From NCBI RefSeq assembly GCF_048593235.1, contig NC_133618.1, forward strand, positions 47,092,478 to 47,156,477: 64,000 nucleotides of DNA, in the 5' to 3' direction. A program made the translations under genes and the position numbers. This document shows, one piece after another, positions 12,070 to 26,489 of the stretch (positions are counted from its first letter, which is position 1; each line of letters begins with the position of its first letter). The stretch comes from Sminthopsis crassicaudata. Its lineage: Eukaryota. The notes under the pieces are model-generated. The model made no database searches and had not been told where the DNA came from. It was given only the letters and a program-made list of their open reading frames with translations.

Positions 12070-12910
12070 AGACATGTATACATATATTTTATTTAACTTA
12101 TACTTTAACATATGTAACATGTATTGGTCAACCTGCCATCTGGAGGAGGGGGTGGGGGAAGGAGAGGAAAATTGGAACAAAAGGTTTGGCAATTGTCAAT
12201 GTTGAAAAATTACCCATGCATATATGTGCTAAATAAAAAGCTATAATAATAATAAAAAAATCTATTTATCAATCCCATTAAGATATGATTCAAAGCACAT
12301 GTCTTACTAAAAATCATTAAAATAGGATTTGGTTTTGCAATTAAGACAGGATTTTCCAAGTTGCAAATTTTATCAAAGCTAAACAAACCAGACCTTCTCT
12401 AAATCCACTGCAAAAAAGCATCCTAGGATTTAGATATGCCCAATGGTCCTGTAGAGGCTGAAATCAATCATTCTGTCTCTCTGTCTCTCCTCACACACAC
12501 ACACATAAACTTATTTTTGCCTTTACTCCAACTAAATAACGCAGCCCCTAGAGACCTATTTAGATATCTGGAAAGTTAGGTGATAAGCAAGAAAACAAAT
12601 TACATAAAATTGAGATGTAATAGAGAAATGTTTATATTCAGATGGTCAGAATGTTTCCACTCTTTTTAAAAGTATTAGGATTCCAATACTTAACTTGCAA
12701 CAAGAAAATTGGATTTACACACATATATTGTATCTAGGTTATACTGTAACACATGTAAAATGTTTGGAATTGCCTGTCATCTAGGGGAGGGAGTAGAGGG
12801 AGGGAGGGGAAAATCTGGAAAAATGAATACAAGGGATAATGTTATGAAAAAAATTACTCATGCATATATAGTCAAAAAAATTATAATTATAAAATTAATA
12901 AAAAAATACT
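12070..12910 (+). mobile_element. Two L1 3'UTR end fragments (about 12070-12260 and 12700-12910)
   Basis: CCTGCCATCT.G.GGAGGG...GAAAAATTACCCATGCATAT...AATAAAAAGCTATAAT motifs. Confidence 0.7.
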
Positions 12911-14856
12911 TAGCAAAAATAAAGTGTCATATTAAGAAAAAAAAAGTATTGGGATTCTCTGTTTTAGTTTTGAAATTTTGCCATATTGGCAAACACTTTA
13001 GCTTTGTACTCAATATCTTCCATAATTTGAACCCAGTTTTCTCTTTTGTCCTCTTCCCACTATTTCCTTAAATTAACCTGCTAACCTGGTTTATACATTG
13101 TCCCTTTAAATATGCCTTTACTTCTAAAATGTTTGCCTCCCTCTTGTATCCCTAGAAATTGAAATCCTACCAAAACTTAAAAGACTTGGTTTAACTTCTA
13201 TCTTCTCCATTAAACTGACTTGGACTGGTGGAATTCAAGGGACCTAAAACTAATTTACCTCCTTTTGTGTGAAAATGAGTTCTTCACTCCCTCCTCCAAG
13301 AAGACTTATCAAAGTCTAATTAGAGTTAGTGTGAGAATTAGCACTAGAATTCAGGCTTCAATTGGGAAACTACTGGGTTTTTCCACCATATAACAGCCCC
13401 AGTTGGAATCCATCTTCCTTCTGAACTCTACATTTAATTTTAGGAATATTTAGGAATCATCTAGCAGATTTAAGAGAAGACCATTAAAGGAAAAGTTTAA
13501 CAATATATGTCCTCAGTGAGCTTGGATTCACTTTCTCCATCACTCATTTCACAGTTGTCACTTATTAACTGTCCTGATTGCCCCAGCTTGTGTTTCTGCT
13601 CAAATTGGAATCTCATTTCCCACCTGGCTGCACTCCATTGGGATTTCTCTGACTTTTCACAGTGCCCTAGGGACTGCATCATTGGGAAGATTCATCATTC
13701 TGCAAGATCATATCAACCTTAGTACCCACCTCCCATCACTACCCTCTGCTCAGGACACACATGTTTCATTTTCCACCCAGCTGTATGACTAGGATTTCTG
13801 GCTTTTTCACTCCCCTTCCCCGACAACTTTTCAGATTCTTTTGTGTATTTTCTCCCATTAGATTGTTAAGCCCTAAAGAGCTAGAATTTTGTGTGTTTGT
13901 GTGTGTATCCCCCCTAACTTAATAATTGTTTATTAACTACTGACTAAATTGTTCTAGAACATTTTGTCTAGATCTCATCTTGGGACTCTAATGTTTTGTT
14001 TTTTTTTTTATACCATAATACTGATTTTTAATTTTTTTTTATCAGCATACACATCTTACTTGGTATTTTGCTCATCTGCATACATGTTGGAGATCATCAG
14101 GTGAACTGAGAGAAGGGACTGTCATTTTTTTATCTTTATATAAAAATATTAGATATTATTCACATATAAAAACTTGTGATCAGATAGAAGTTATTACCCC
14201 AATTTTACAGAATAGGACATTGAGACTCAAGACCTATTAAGAAACATAATAGTAACAGTAGCAGTAACAACAACAATAATAATATCTAGTATTTATATAA
14301 TGCCTACTATTTGCCAGGCTCTGTGCTAAGTATTTTACAAATATCTCACTTGCTCCTCACAACAACCATGGGAAGGAGGTGCTGTTGTTATCCTCATTTT
14401 ACAATTGAGGAAACTGAAGCAAACAGGGCTGTGATTTGCCAAGGGCCACAAAGCTAATAAGTGTCTGAGATCAAGATTTTAATTCAAGTCTTCCTAACTT
14501 CAGGCCCAATGTTCTATCCACTAAGCCATTCTCTAATTGCTGATTGTAGTTCCTACAAATTCTACAAATATGGCTGCTCAGTGCCCTTTGTACAATGTCT
14601 TGTACACTAGAGAACAAATATTGTCAGGTATAATTACTATTAGGGTTTTTTTTTTTTTTTTATGGGCCTTTTGATTACTTATAGATAAAATTCTAAGGGG
14701 AAAAATTCTTTCTTCTATTTCTTCATATGGGAATTCCCCATGGCATCTAGCACATCAGGGCCTGGAGAGATTTTAGGAGTCATCAAGTTCAATCCTTCCA
14801 TTTGATAGATGAGGAAACTGAGGCTCTAAATGGTGAAGTCAATCAATCAACATGCA

Positions 14857-15158
14857 TTTTTTTTTTTTTTTAGGCTGGAGTTAAGTGACTTGCCCAGGGT
14901 CACACAGCTAGGAAGTGTTAAGTGTCTGAGATCATATTTGAACTACGGTCCTCCTGAATTCAAGGCTGGTGCTCTATCCACTGTGCCACCTAGCTGCCCC
15001 TAATATGCATTTATTTTTTACTTTTTGCTGAGGCAAGTGGGGTTAAGTGACTTGCCCAGGGTCACACAGCTAAGATGTATTAAGTATCTGATGTCACATT
15101 TGAACTCATGTTCAGACTTCAGGGCTGATGCTCTATCCACTGTACCACCTAGCTGCTC
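14857..15158 (-). mobile_element. Two adjacent WSINE1 copies (14857-15000 and 15022-15158)
   Basis: Two consecutive reverse-complement WSINE1 bodies with T runs. Confidence 0.85.
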
Positions 15159-16566
15159 CACAACATGTATTTATTAAACACCTAATCCAAAATTCTATAT
15201 GGACTGAGAGGAAGCAGTGATTGGCAGATACTCAGATCCTCCAGTCCAGTCTGCTGACAGAGAAGATGATTGCTCACAATATTAAGAGACTCCAAGAATT
15301 TCAATCTTTCTAAACATTCAGGATGAAACTGAGATAGAAGAAATTATAAATGATATTTTTCAATATGGCAAAATATGCTTTAGCCCTTAATAGAAATTCA
15401 AGAGCAACTACATGGATATGGTCAAGTTATTTTCAGTGGAAGAAATTTTTTTACTTCCCCCAAACTTCCTGAAACATTCATTACCCAGTGATGATGGCTT
15501 TGTCAACAGGGGGTCTGGATCTCATCTTCATCTCAGGTCTTGGATTTGACAAATAGGGCAACTTCCTGGGAAGGGAGAAGGGGGAAAGGATAGCATATTA
15601 TGACATCTACCTGAATCGGGTGCTTACAGCAACAAAAAAGAAAGCTTTATATGATCGTTTGGCTTTCAGGGAGCAGATCTGTGGTACAATGCCCATTGGA
15701 GAAAATGATATGAGAATAGATGAACTCTCTATGAAGACAAACTTTGGTTCTCAGTGACAACCCTGTGCAATGATCTGGGTTTTATAGTTCTGTAAAATAA
15801 AACGCATCTCTTTCCTTCTATCCAAAAATCATACCCTTGTATTACTAAGAACTAGATTGCCATTGGTATAATTAGAAAAGGTTTAGTGTGAAATATTAGT
15901 TAAAAATCTTTAGCAATACAAATAATAGAATATTAGTTAAAAGTGAACATTTCATTTAGTGATTTTTTTTCTACCTAACTTCCTAATGTTAAAATGACAA
16001 TTTTATACTTCCTTTGAACCGCAAATTACGAATGAGATTCCATGATCCAACTTGTATGAAGAGAATTGAAACATTCAATTAGAACAGGACTTTACTAGAT
16101 TCTAACATGTCCCTGAATGGTTCTGCTCCAATTCCTAGGACATATAGGAAAATTTGATCAATATTAATTACTTTGTTGATGTTTGTTCCTGGTTCAGACT
16201 TTAGAGAGGGCAAATAGTACTCATCATGACTATTGATCCTTTTCTTTGTTCACCCAATCTGAAATTTTGGGTTAAACACTTCATAGCTTTTGTGAGTTAA
16301 AATGATGAAGAATGCAATAGAAATTTCTCATTGATTTTGCAGTTTACTGTATAATTCCCCATGATTAGTCTCTAAATGCTTTATTATAGAAAGTTACTTG
16401 TTAGCATTCCTAGATTCTAATGCCAAGTTCTAATGCTATATCGATTATAAACTTACTCCATTTATTTGAGGTTTCTGACTTGGAAAGAAAATTTGCCTTG
16501 GGTTGAAAGTTGGCTGACAATATTTTGCCTAAGGAACAATAGCCTTTTTCTGATGTGGTAATAACT

Positions 16567-16690
16567 ATTTTTTTTTTTTTTTTAAGGCATTTGGGGTTAA
16601 GTGACTTGCCCAGAGTCATACAGTTAGGAAATATTAAATGTCTAAGGGTGGGTTTGAACTCAGGTACTCCTTACTTCTGCTCTGCCATCT
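16567..16690 (-). mobile_element. WSINE1 copy (5' degraded)
   Basis: T run followed by GGGGTTAAGTGACTTGCCCAG.GTCATACAG...TTTGAACTCAGG. Confidence 0.75.
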
Positions 16691-16964
16691 ATGTGGTAAA
16701 AACTTAAAAGTGGCATTATTTGAATAACTTGTTCATAATGGCTTAAAGAATTGTATGTGATTTGAGACTTTGTGTAGAAAGAACACAGACATGCTGCAAA
16801 GAAAGTCCAAGTAGGCTACAAAGAATGAAGAAAAGAAGTAACAATCCTATGAGCAAGATGAGGATCATGGAGGGAAACTCCCTGTGGCCTATAAATACAA
16901 CCATTATGTTAGTTTTTTACATGAAACCATGAATCTATTACTTATATTTGAAAAATATGTAATA

Positions 16965-17106
16965 GGGGCAACTAGGTGGCACAGTGGATAGAGCCCCAGC
17001 CTTGAATTCAGGAGGACCCAAGTTCAAATCTGGTCTCAGACACTTAACACTTCCTAGCTGTGTGACCCTGGGCAAGTCATTTAACCCCAACCTGGGGTGG
17101 GGGGGA
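16965..17106 (+). mobile_element. WSINE1 copy with G-rich tail
   Basis: Full body; TSD GAAAAATAT(G/A)TAATA on both sides. Confidence 0.88.
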
Positions 17107-17697
17107 GAAAAATATATAATAAATCAAACATATTAGTTTCAAAGTTAAAAAAAAAATCCAACACTTATTAAATAGGCTCTGTGCTCAGGTACCAAGACAT
17201 CTAAGCTCTTGATGTAACCTAAATGGTAATGCTGGAGTCCTCTGACTCTGAATTTGACTCTCTTTCCATTTAACCAAAAATATTTGTTGTTAGAATGAAA
17301 TTAACTATTTACTAGCCATTTAAAAAATATCTCCAAAGAGGTTTAGGACCATTAAATGTAAAAAAAAAAAGAAAAATAAATTTCCAAAGACTGGTACTCT
17401 GTAGAAAGCACTGTTATTGGACTTGAAATTTGAAATTTAAAAAAAAAAAAAAAATCTGCTTCTCGTTCTTAGAAAAAAATGAAATTAGTATAAATATGCT
17501 TTGGGTCACAGCCATTTTTTCATCCATTTGAAAAAGAAATGCCTGGATATAATTCAAATAACTTATCATTTATGTCAATCTTGACTCAACTGTACTCACA
17601 TTATGAGTGCACTTTACTATGGTGAATCAAGAACATGTGTTATTCTTTTAAAATGTTACAAAAGCATATATCTAGGCATACTTTCATTGATCTAAAT

Positions 17698-17891
17698 CAG
17701 GGGTTCTCAAACTATGGTCCATAGGCCAGATGCGGCCCACTGAGGACGTTTATGTGGCCCACCCACTGGGTTATGGCAAATGGGCTGAGGGGCGGAGACA
17801 GAGTGTGAGCTTTTGTTTTACTATAGTCCAGCCCTCCAACAGTCTGAGGGTCAGTGAATGGCCCCCTATTTAAAAAGTTTGAGGACCACTG
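17698..17891. mobile_element. Non-autonomous hAT MITE, OC1 (OposCharlie1)-like, 194 bp
   Basis: TIRs CAGGGGTTCTCAAACT / AGTTTGAGGACCACTG; 8-bp TSD ATCTAAAT / TTCTAAAT; 3' part CTCCAACAGTCTGAGGGTCAGTGAA-TGGCCCCCTATTTAAAAAGTTTGAGG resembles the OC1 end as recalled. Confidence 0.8.
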
Positions 17892-20800
17892 TTCTAAATT
17901 CTAGGATCTACTTAACTAGTGTATAAGCTTTCTGAGAATAGGAAGGGTATTTTTTTTTCATTCCCTGAAATGTTGCACATGATAAACTTAAGAGACAATT
18001 GAGTTTAGCAGAAAGACCTGAGCTCAAATACTGGCTCTGACATCCATTATCTAGAATACTCAGCTTCTCTGAGGCTATTTTTCATTGATAAAATAGTCAT
18101 ACTTCACAGGATTTTTATTCAAAAAGTACCTTAAAGGGACTACAAACATATTTTAAATTTTTATTTCTTGCTTCTTGTTATAAATTAGAATAATGTATTT
18201 GGAAAAGAGGAATTTCTCCCATTCAAGTTCCACTTGGACAATAATGAACTGTGTGACTATGGATGAATCATGTAGTCTCTTGGGCAACTCCCTAAGATAA
18301 GTTATATAGATGGTTGCTGTTAGAGGTCCTTGAGGCATTGAGGATTGGACTTGACTGAGTTTCACCAGGATCAGTAAAATATAAGATTTAAGTATTGCTC
18401 CTTCCCCCCCTGCCCCTTGCAAGCAGGACGCTGTACTTTATATAGGAAGGAGCCTTTGCTGTAAGAACTCCATTTGATACTGTACATAGGTGGCAAATAG
18501 TCAAATTAATTTAGGTGACAAACAGCCCTTGTATAAGGCCATACTTCGGCCAAAACCTGTTATATACTGCCAAAAACATGTCAGAAGGAGCTGAGGGATT
18601 TGGGGCTGGCTCCAAGGCTTGAATGTTATGCAATTCCTTGAGGAAGGAGGGCCCCAGGCAAAATTACAATCCTGAGCCAGCCTGAAGGTCACAGCCATGG
18701 AGGAGGCCTGATACAAAGGAAGGACAAGAAGCAGATCAGAGTTATTATTACTAAAGATGCCAAAGGAGGAAACATGGTTTATAAGATAACACAGTCAATG
18801 TTGAGAAACTGGAGCTGAGGAAGAAGATAAACTACAGTGAGACAAAAGGGAACTTAGTTACCCCTTTCAACTGTTGGCGCTAGTTTTACCAGACAGACAG
18901 AAAATGTCCTGAAGACATTTCTGCATTTTTGGGAACATCTCCACAGGTACTGATGCCCTTAATAAGCCCATAGAAAGCCCTTTTTTTTTCTTTCAGCTGA
19001 TGCAAGCACATTTTTGATTCGCCCCATCTAAATAAATCACTGTCCATCTGAAGCCCACAAAGGGAAAAAAATGGTTTAACCATCTCATATATTATGACCA
19101 TGAAAAGCCACATCTGCTTACCACATTTCTAATGATAAACAGCTGGTTACAGTTAGCTTTGTAGAATGTAACTTTTCCTATTAACAACAGCAAAAGCAGT
19201 AATAATAGCTAATGGCACTTTGAGGTTTATAAACAGCTCTGTGAAGATTACCCTTTATCATTTTACAGATTAGGCAACTGAGGCTGAGAGAGATTGAGAG
19301 AGACGGGACCACGGTCACACAGCATTTTAGGCAGGATTAAAACTCAGGACCTGTAGTCTCCAAATCCAGTGCTCCAACCACCATGCTGCAATGGAGGAAA
19401 GATTAAATGAGTGGAGACTTTTTTGGTAAAGTCATTGAAACGATAGTCATTCATGGTTGATCACTGACCTAAAACCAGGCTAATACTTAAACCCTGTTTC
19501 CCAAACTTAGGGCCCTGGAATCACAGTCAAATTCCTTCACTCTTTGCTTCCTCCTATGCAGTTTAAGATCAAATCAGGATTATTGCTAGGTTCTGATCAG
19601 CAGTCTCATTTCTTGGGACACCTCAGACTGGATTCTCAGCAGATATTTTCAAAATTCATGTTTAAAACTAAATGCTGTTATCTTTTCTTCCAGTCTCCCA
19701 CCCCTTTCCTAACTTTCCAATTACTGTTGAGGATACCAGCATCCTTATGTGGAATCCTTATATAGGATATATAATCCTTATATAGGATTCCAAATCTAGG
19801 AATCATCCTCAGCTCCATCCCTCTATTTCATCTCCCATAGCCAATCTCTTGCCAAGACCTGTCATTTAAAACATCTCCAAATACTCCCTCACCTCCTCTG
19901 CCACAATTGGGTGCCTCAATTTCCTTAATTGTAAAATGATTATGTCATCTACCTTCCAAGATTCATGTGAAGATCAAATATTTGTCAAGCACTTTTGTCA
20001 ACTCTTCACATAGTGCCTGGTGCTTAATAAGTGTATTACTTTTTTTTTTTTTTAAGTCTTTGCTGGTTTCTCTTAAGTTTCAAGCCTCCTTCTTCAACTA
20101 CTATTTTTTTTTTTTCCACAAACAGGTGAATTTTACTATGTTAAACGCCTCCTTTAACATTAAGATTCTCAACAGAACAAAGACTTGGGATACAAATACA
20201 TTGTGTTCAATTAAAATAACCAAATCACCCATGGTTGACCTTTAACTCAGTCAACTGTCATCATTTTTCACAATATTATGAACCAATTTGTCTCTCCTAC
20301 CCTATTCTCCTCCAAATCATTTCACTCCCCTATCTTTGGAAATTCTCTTTGGTCTAAAGCCTTTCCATGAAATTTTTCCAGATGGAACCCAATTATTTCT
20401 ACTTACCATTACTCAAGCAAGCTATCATTACCATTGGGTCTTTCTACTTTCCCAACTATAATATTTATGTATATTGAACTTGCTTATATACTTAAAAACA
20501 TACTAAAATTTGAATGTGTGTCTAACAATTACTTTTTAAGGATAAAATGGACAAGCCCATAGAGCTGAATGTCTTGTGCACCGAAGTCAAATGCTCAGAA
20601 TGTGCCTGAAACGCTTCCTGAAGCAAGAAGATTTTCTAGGATGCACCTTCTTCTTGGGGTATTAAATTTAAAACCTTTCATCAAGTCTACTCTGGTTTGA
20701 CTACCATTGGGGATGTTTCTAAAAGGCCTCCTGGATGGGAAATGTATGAATTAATGAAGGAATGGAAACTGATTCAGGTTGTAATATGTGTAAAGTACTG

Positions 20801-23264
20801 TGTTAAGTGCTGGGGAAAATCTGAGGTAACTCCTGTTCTCAAGAAGTTCCCATTTTAATGTCTGGACATTTTCTTATTCTAGAATTATAATCATTTAAAA
20901 CACTGGAAAAGAAAAAGAAGAAAAAAATACAGCCTTTTAAAATATTAAAGTTAGAAAATGGAAAATACCAAGAAATTTAGGACACATCTATTCATCTCAA
21001 AGATTTATCTTCTACATCCAGTTAAAACTAGCAAAATGAAAAGTATAAGTTAAAAGAAAACCCTAAAATATGCTTTAAACAAACCACAAAAGTATGTATT
21101 TCACCTCAAACAGCTGATCTCTATTGAATATAGATTTGCCTACATTTCCTCTGTATTCCATTATTTGATTTAGGAAAGACTTCAAGGTCAAGAGCTGCTA
21201 CTTCTCGCCTCTTTGAAGTCATAAATCACCAAATGGAAGAAGAGCTCACTTGCCTCATGATTTAGAATGGAGAGAAGCAACCTAAGTGCTTATAGAGAAC
21301 TCGGCACATCAGCAAATGAATTTATTTGTTCCCTAATCCATTCTCTCTGAATCCAAAGGGCCAAATCACCCACATCTAAGCCACCTGTAGTCGATAGGTA
21401 AAGAAAAGCTTTTAAACTGGAGACAGATTGAAGCAGTCCAAGTTCAAATCACCAAATTCTATCTTAAACCCTTTTCTGTAGCAGAGGGTGTGGTAGCAGC
21501 AAGTGAATCAGTATTTAGGGAATTCTTTTCCCTTCCTAGGACACAACTATATCCTACACTGGTAAGTGGTGCTGAAATGAGGTTTTTTAGTCATGTAAAA
21601 TACTATAGGAAACATGTGTTAACCCAGGGCTGGAGGAAGCCTCTTCCCAAGCCTTACTTACCTCTGTTTATTATATTAATATGTGAATTATATATTAATC
21701 TACCAATAATTATTAATATATTTATATGATATATAATATTCATATATCAAATGAATCAGAATGATCCAAACAATGGAGCTATAAAGCGTCTCAGGGATCC
21801 CATGGTCTGGGACACATCTGAATAGGAATCCTTTCAAATGATCCAATGGGATCTATACAGCCCTTTGCACAAGGCCTGACACACAGTAGTGCTCTAAATT
21901 ACTCTATATCTATTCCCTTTTGCTTGAAGGCCTCAAGTGACTAGGAACCCAACCCCTTCTAAGAAAGCCAAAGATTGGGGAAAAACACCATTGACCTGGG
22001 TGATAGAAAATTATCCATAATTAGAGAGAATAGTGCTAGACCTGGAGTCAAGATCTAATTCAAATGTAGCTTCATACGCTATGTAACCCCAGACAAGTCA
22101 CTTCACTCAGCCTCAGTTTCCCCATCTGTCAAGTGAATTGGGAGTATTCCAGTATTTGTCAAGAAAATCCCAAATGGGGTCACAGAGTCAGACATGATTG
22201 GAATGACTGAACAGGAAAGGGAAAAAGAAGCCATATTTCACAAACCATGAAGAGCTAAAGAGATTTAAATCACCACTGGAAATAAGTGGAGTAAATTGAA
22301 TTGTACTTGACAACAAAAATCACTGGGTCTCTTTGCTCTTCCCAACTGCTGGTTTCCTAACCTCTGGATTTGTGTTATTAGCTCTCCCACTTTCAGCTCC
22401 ATCCTACTCCAGGATGTGTTTTCCTTTTCCAGAACAGAGCCCCGGGGCAAGCTTCATACAAGCATGACAATCTAAAATGTTTTAAGCATTACTCCACCCA
22501 ATGGTGTCATCAAGAAGCCTCACTTGCTCCTGGCCCCCATGGTGGGTGGAATAGATTTCACCGGCGCTTTTCACCAGGCGTGGTACAGACAGAAATCTAT
22601 TTGCTGAATTCCAATTACCTAGGGATATTCATTTTCTAGTTAGGAGAATAAATTCCAGTGAGAAGATTACTAGCATTCTGGGAATAAGAAGCCAGATCAG
22701 GGAGAGAAGAAAGAGAGGCAGAAATGAAATATACAGCCTGCTTTCCTTCCCTCCCTGCGCTCCTCCCCTAAACCTTTGGTCTCTGTCCAACACTGCTGGC
22801 AAATGAAAGAAGAAACACTGTTAAAGAGAGCTGACTTCCCAAAGTAATGTTTATACACTGCCATTTAAAAAGTTAACAGTTGACTCTGGGATGGTCATAA
22901 ACTTTCATTTTCAGAAAAAAGCCCAGCTGAACCCCAGCCTAAAGTGAAACCCACCCGGCTCTCTCGGGGGCTGCACCAGCCTGCAGTAAGTGAGCACTGG
23001 GGGCCAAGGTGTCCCTTTTTGCAGAAGAAGTGTTTGCAAGATGAAGCGGCCAAGAGTCGACAGAGACAGGAGGACTCTGCGCTCTCAGTCTTCCTGTAAG
23101 AGCAGAGGCAGCCCTCTTCTACAGGGAGGAGGGGCACAGAGTCTGCACTCGAGCACACTGGTCACAACTCAGGCTTCAGGTGCAAGTCTTGACCTTGTCT
23201 TCTGGCAGCTAAAAATGAGGGCAAATAACATTCATGATGGCAGAGCCCTAAAGAATAACTTTGT

Positions 23265-23270
23265 TTTATT
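23265..23270 (-). terminator. Probable UTP4 polyadenylation signal AATAAA
   Basis: TTTATT on the plus strand, about 60 nt after the stop codon. Confidence 0.6.
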
Positions 23271-23331
23271 ATCATGATTTCTAGGAAAAGAACAAGTCAG
23301 CCAGTTCAGGGAAGGAACCATACAGCTCCAC

Positions 23332-23448
23332 TTAAGTTCCAAATTTCTTTCGTTTGATGGGTGGTGGAAGCTGAGCAAGGATGTCTTCCAAAGGCCGTTC
23401 CACTGCCACCAAGGTGTCTTCATCCAATAGGTCCATGAAGAGGAGGGG
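23332..23448 (-). CDS. UTP4: UTP4 last coding exon (117 nt including TAA)
   Basis: PLLFMDLLDEDTLVAVERPLEDILAQLPPPIKRKKFGT*; the 15 coding exons sum to 2061 nt = 686 aa + stop. Confidence 0.97.
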   Translation of the reverse strand, partial: PLLFMDLLDEDTLVAVERPLEDILAQLPPPIKRKKFGT

Positions 23449-24599
23449 CTGCAAGTCAGAGAGGACAATGATCTAGAGGGAAGCTCCCACCAGCCCCCTC
23501 ACAAAGGATCCCACCTAGTGGCAAGCCTTCTAAGATTCCTCCTGCCCTACGACTGAACCAATTCCCCCCAACACTAAAATACTCAGCTTTGGGGCACAGA
23601 TTTACCCATAAGGGAGTGCTTATATCAAAATTTCACCAGGTGAGAGGCAGTTGGTAGCCCAGCAGAGAAGCGTGCTGGGCTTGGACTCAGGAAGGGCCGA
23701 GTTCAAATTTTATCTCAGACACTTAGGGTGATGTGAGCTGAGCAAGTCACTTAATCTCTGCCTACTTCTCAACTGTTAAATGGGAATACCTGCCAGCTAT
23801 TTGCCTGGGTGACTTGGACAAAATCAATGAACCTTTCTGGGGTTCAGTGCCCTTGTCTCTCAATTATAGAACTAGCTAAGTCTCTGAGCTCTCCTCCCAG
23901 CTTAGCTTCAAATCAAGGATTCCAAGAGGATATATCTATTAGAAAAAATTAATTGTTAACTGAGGAAGAAAACACACCTTGTCTGAGCTGTAAGGAACCT
24001 TGGTGGAGGTAGACAGAAGACCTTAACTTCATGGTGCTTCAATGCTTTCTTTGGGGGGGAAGGAGGATTGGATATTCTGTCTATTTTTACAGAGATGTGG
24101 ATGATGGCTGACAAGAGTAAGCCCCTCCCTGCATTCGTATTTAAATCCAGGCAGGGGTGTTGTTTCCTCTATCAGGGGCTCTCCAACAAGGACAGAGGGC
24201 ACTACAGAAGGCACAGGTACCTGACGCTCACTGCAGGCCTCTAAAAAAAGTTCCTTTTTCCTATCCCAAGTCTGCCAACTTTAAAAGGGCTACATTAAGA
24301 TGGATGCAACTTCTACTATATCTTTAATTGAGGGCTTGGAGACTTTTAGCTTTTGTACCACTCGGATACAAAGAAGCCAAAAATAAATTCCTGATCCTCC
24401 CCAAGATAGTTTAAAAGGTGGGGGACGGACTGGATAATCTTGGGAAGTTCCTTCTGCTCTAGGATTTGAAGTTCACTCTGACCCTGAAATGCTCAGGCCT
24501 TTGAACAGTGTGTCAGGATTTTGCTGGACCACAGCACTTTTGTTTTCTTCATTAAATCATAGAGCCCCAGCTTGGAGTCACTGCCCTGAAGAGACTCAC

Positions 24600-24710
24600 C
24601 TGAAATTTCTTAGAGATCTTGAAGGCATGGGCATGGCGCCTTCTGACATTTTCGGAGGCCTCCCGTAAGGAAGGCTGATTGAATAAGGGAGTTTTGTCAT
24701 CTGGAAGTGG
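24600..24710 (-). CDS. UTP4: UTP4 coding exon 14 (111 nt)
   Basis: PLPDDKTPLFNQPSLREASENVRRRHAHAFKISKKFQ; donor CAG|GTGAGT. Confidence 0.96.
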
Positions 24711-25687
24711 CTAAAGACCAAAAAAAAAAAAAAAAAGCAATACATGTATAAAGCCTTCATTATTCTTAGTTTCTGCCAATGTCACCTGCTTTTGGCCCCT
24801 CTTACCAGGCTGTGCCTGAGCACAGCCGTACCCCCCAGTCAGACCAAAGATCAGCCTGGCCAGGGACTCTGTCAGGGAGAAAACTAGTGACCACGTGCTG
24901 CTGCCCTCCTGGGAGAACCTAGGTGATCTCCTTGGGACACGGCCATGTCTGAGGTGTGGAAGGGAAGGGCATGGGCCCAGCAGGGGAGTCCTTCCGGTCT
25001 GGCTCCCCTCCTGAGGCACTTGCCAGCCAGCCTTCTCACACGAGAGCCCCCCTCAGCCCTGGAGGTGGGCCTCTTGCACAAGCTGTAGTGAACCACTCGT
25101 TCCTGGCCATCTGTTTCCCCCACATTCCCTACCACCTACCACCTACCACCTCCCCCCCACCTGCACGTGTTCACAGACACGATAAACCCCTGCCATGTGC
25201 TTTGAGCTCGCTCATGTAACGAGCGCTATTTGCAGGATACAGGGCTGAGGGGCAGGCATCTCCCCAAGAAAAGCACGCCAGTGGAATGACTCAAGGTGGC
25301 AGCTGGCTGTGCCCGAAATATAGCCCAGCCCACCTAAACCCCGGGGATGCAAAAGAGCATTCTGAGAGGCGGATTTCACAGCTCTGCTCGGCTATCCCAG
25401 CCATCTGCCTCTCACTAAGAAGGCTGTGAAGTTTCCAATTCCAGCAGCTGGAGAGCATCCCTCGGGGTCACCCCAGGCCAAGTGGGTCTTGTCCAAGAAG
25501 TTAAAACTCTGCTTTGGTTTGCCCCCAGAAGGAGCCGGCTCAGCAAAAAAGCAAACCCAAGCTCTTTGCATTTACCCAGCAATCTCCAGGGTAGTTCAGT
25601 CAAGTATCACTGCGTCTGGGAAAGTCTGGCCTGTTCTGGGCCCCTTTTTGTAGGTGTGCAAGCTCCTGAAGGAAGGGAGGGACTCAC

Positions 25688-25873
25688 CATGGACTTATCA
25701 ATGATGCAGAACATGTAGGTGTCATGGAGGAGGATGTGGGTGGGCTTCTGGGGGTGGAAAGTGATGTGGGTGATGGGTGTGTCCCTCTCTAGCCAGAGGT
25801 AGTGCAGCCCCTGCTTCTGAACTTTCCGGCTCCAATCTGTGTACTGTTTTTGGGGGATGCTGAATTCAAAGAC
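25688..25873 (-). CDS. UTP4: UTP4 coding exon 13 (186 nt)
   Basis: VFEFSIPQKQYTDWSRKVQKQGLHYLWLERDTPITHITFHPQKPTHILLHDTYMFCIIDKSM; donor ATG|GTGAGT. Confidence 0.96.
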
Positions 25874-26489
25874 CTGGTAAAGAGCACGAGAAGAAAATCA
25901 AGTTTAGTCTTAATGGAAGACCCTGCACTTCCCTGGGTACAAATCAGAAAGAACTCACACCCATGCAGAGTGGAGAAATGTCCTGGAGGTCTGAGCCCTT
26001 TGATGGTGGATGCTGAAGAAATTGGGAGGAGACCCACTCGCTCCAAAGTGGGGCTAAGAAGGCCACGGGGGCTCTGGCTTTGGTGAGCATTCAGTCTGCC
26101 CCCCAAGACAGCCAAACAGGAGGAAATTCAGCTAAGATAAGGAAGCAGTCATTTCAGAGACTGCTCTCTCCCCCACCAGCCACATAATAATAGCACTTTT
26201 GTGATATGAGCCAGTAATTTAACTTTCCCGCATCTCCGTTTGTCAAACAAAAAGTAGCTGAAGAAGCAGGGATGGAGCAAAGTGAGGGAAGGGATTAGAT
26301 GGTCTCCAAAATCCTGCCTATCTCATGTTCACCAATGCTACACTCCGAGCCCATGGCCTATCTCCAGTAGCCAATCGGATTTTATCTGACACGGAGTGGG
26401 ACTGTCTGCCACCAGGCTCCCCACGGGGTCAGCACTGACGGACCCCAGCCTCCCCGTCCCAGAGTCAGGCAGCGGCAGCGGTCTCCCAC

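Noticed and set aside
19754-19790. Duplicated near-palindrome AATCCTTATATAGGAT
   Set aside because: Short, AT-rich and isolated; consistent with hairpin-mediated slippage.
25826-25828. Position equivalent to the human UTP4 R565W variant
   Set aside because: The codon is CGG (Arg) in W-S-R, so the reference residue is conserved.
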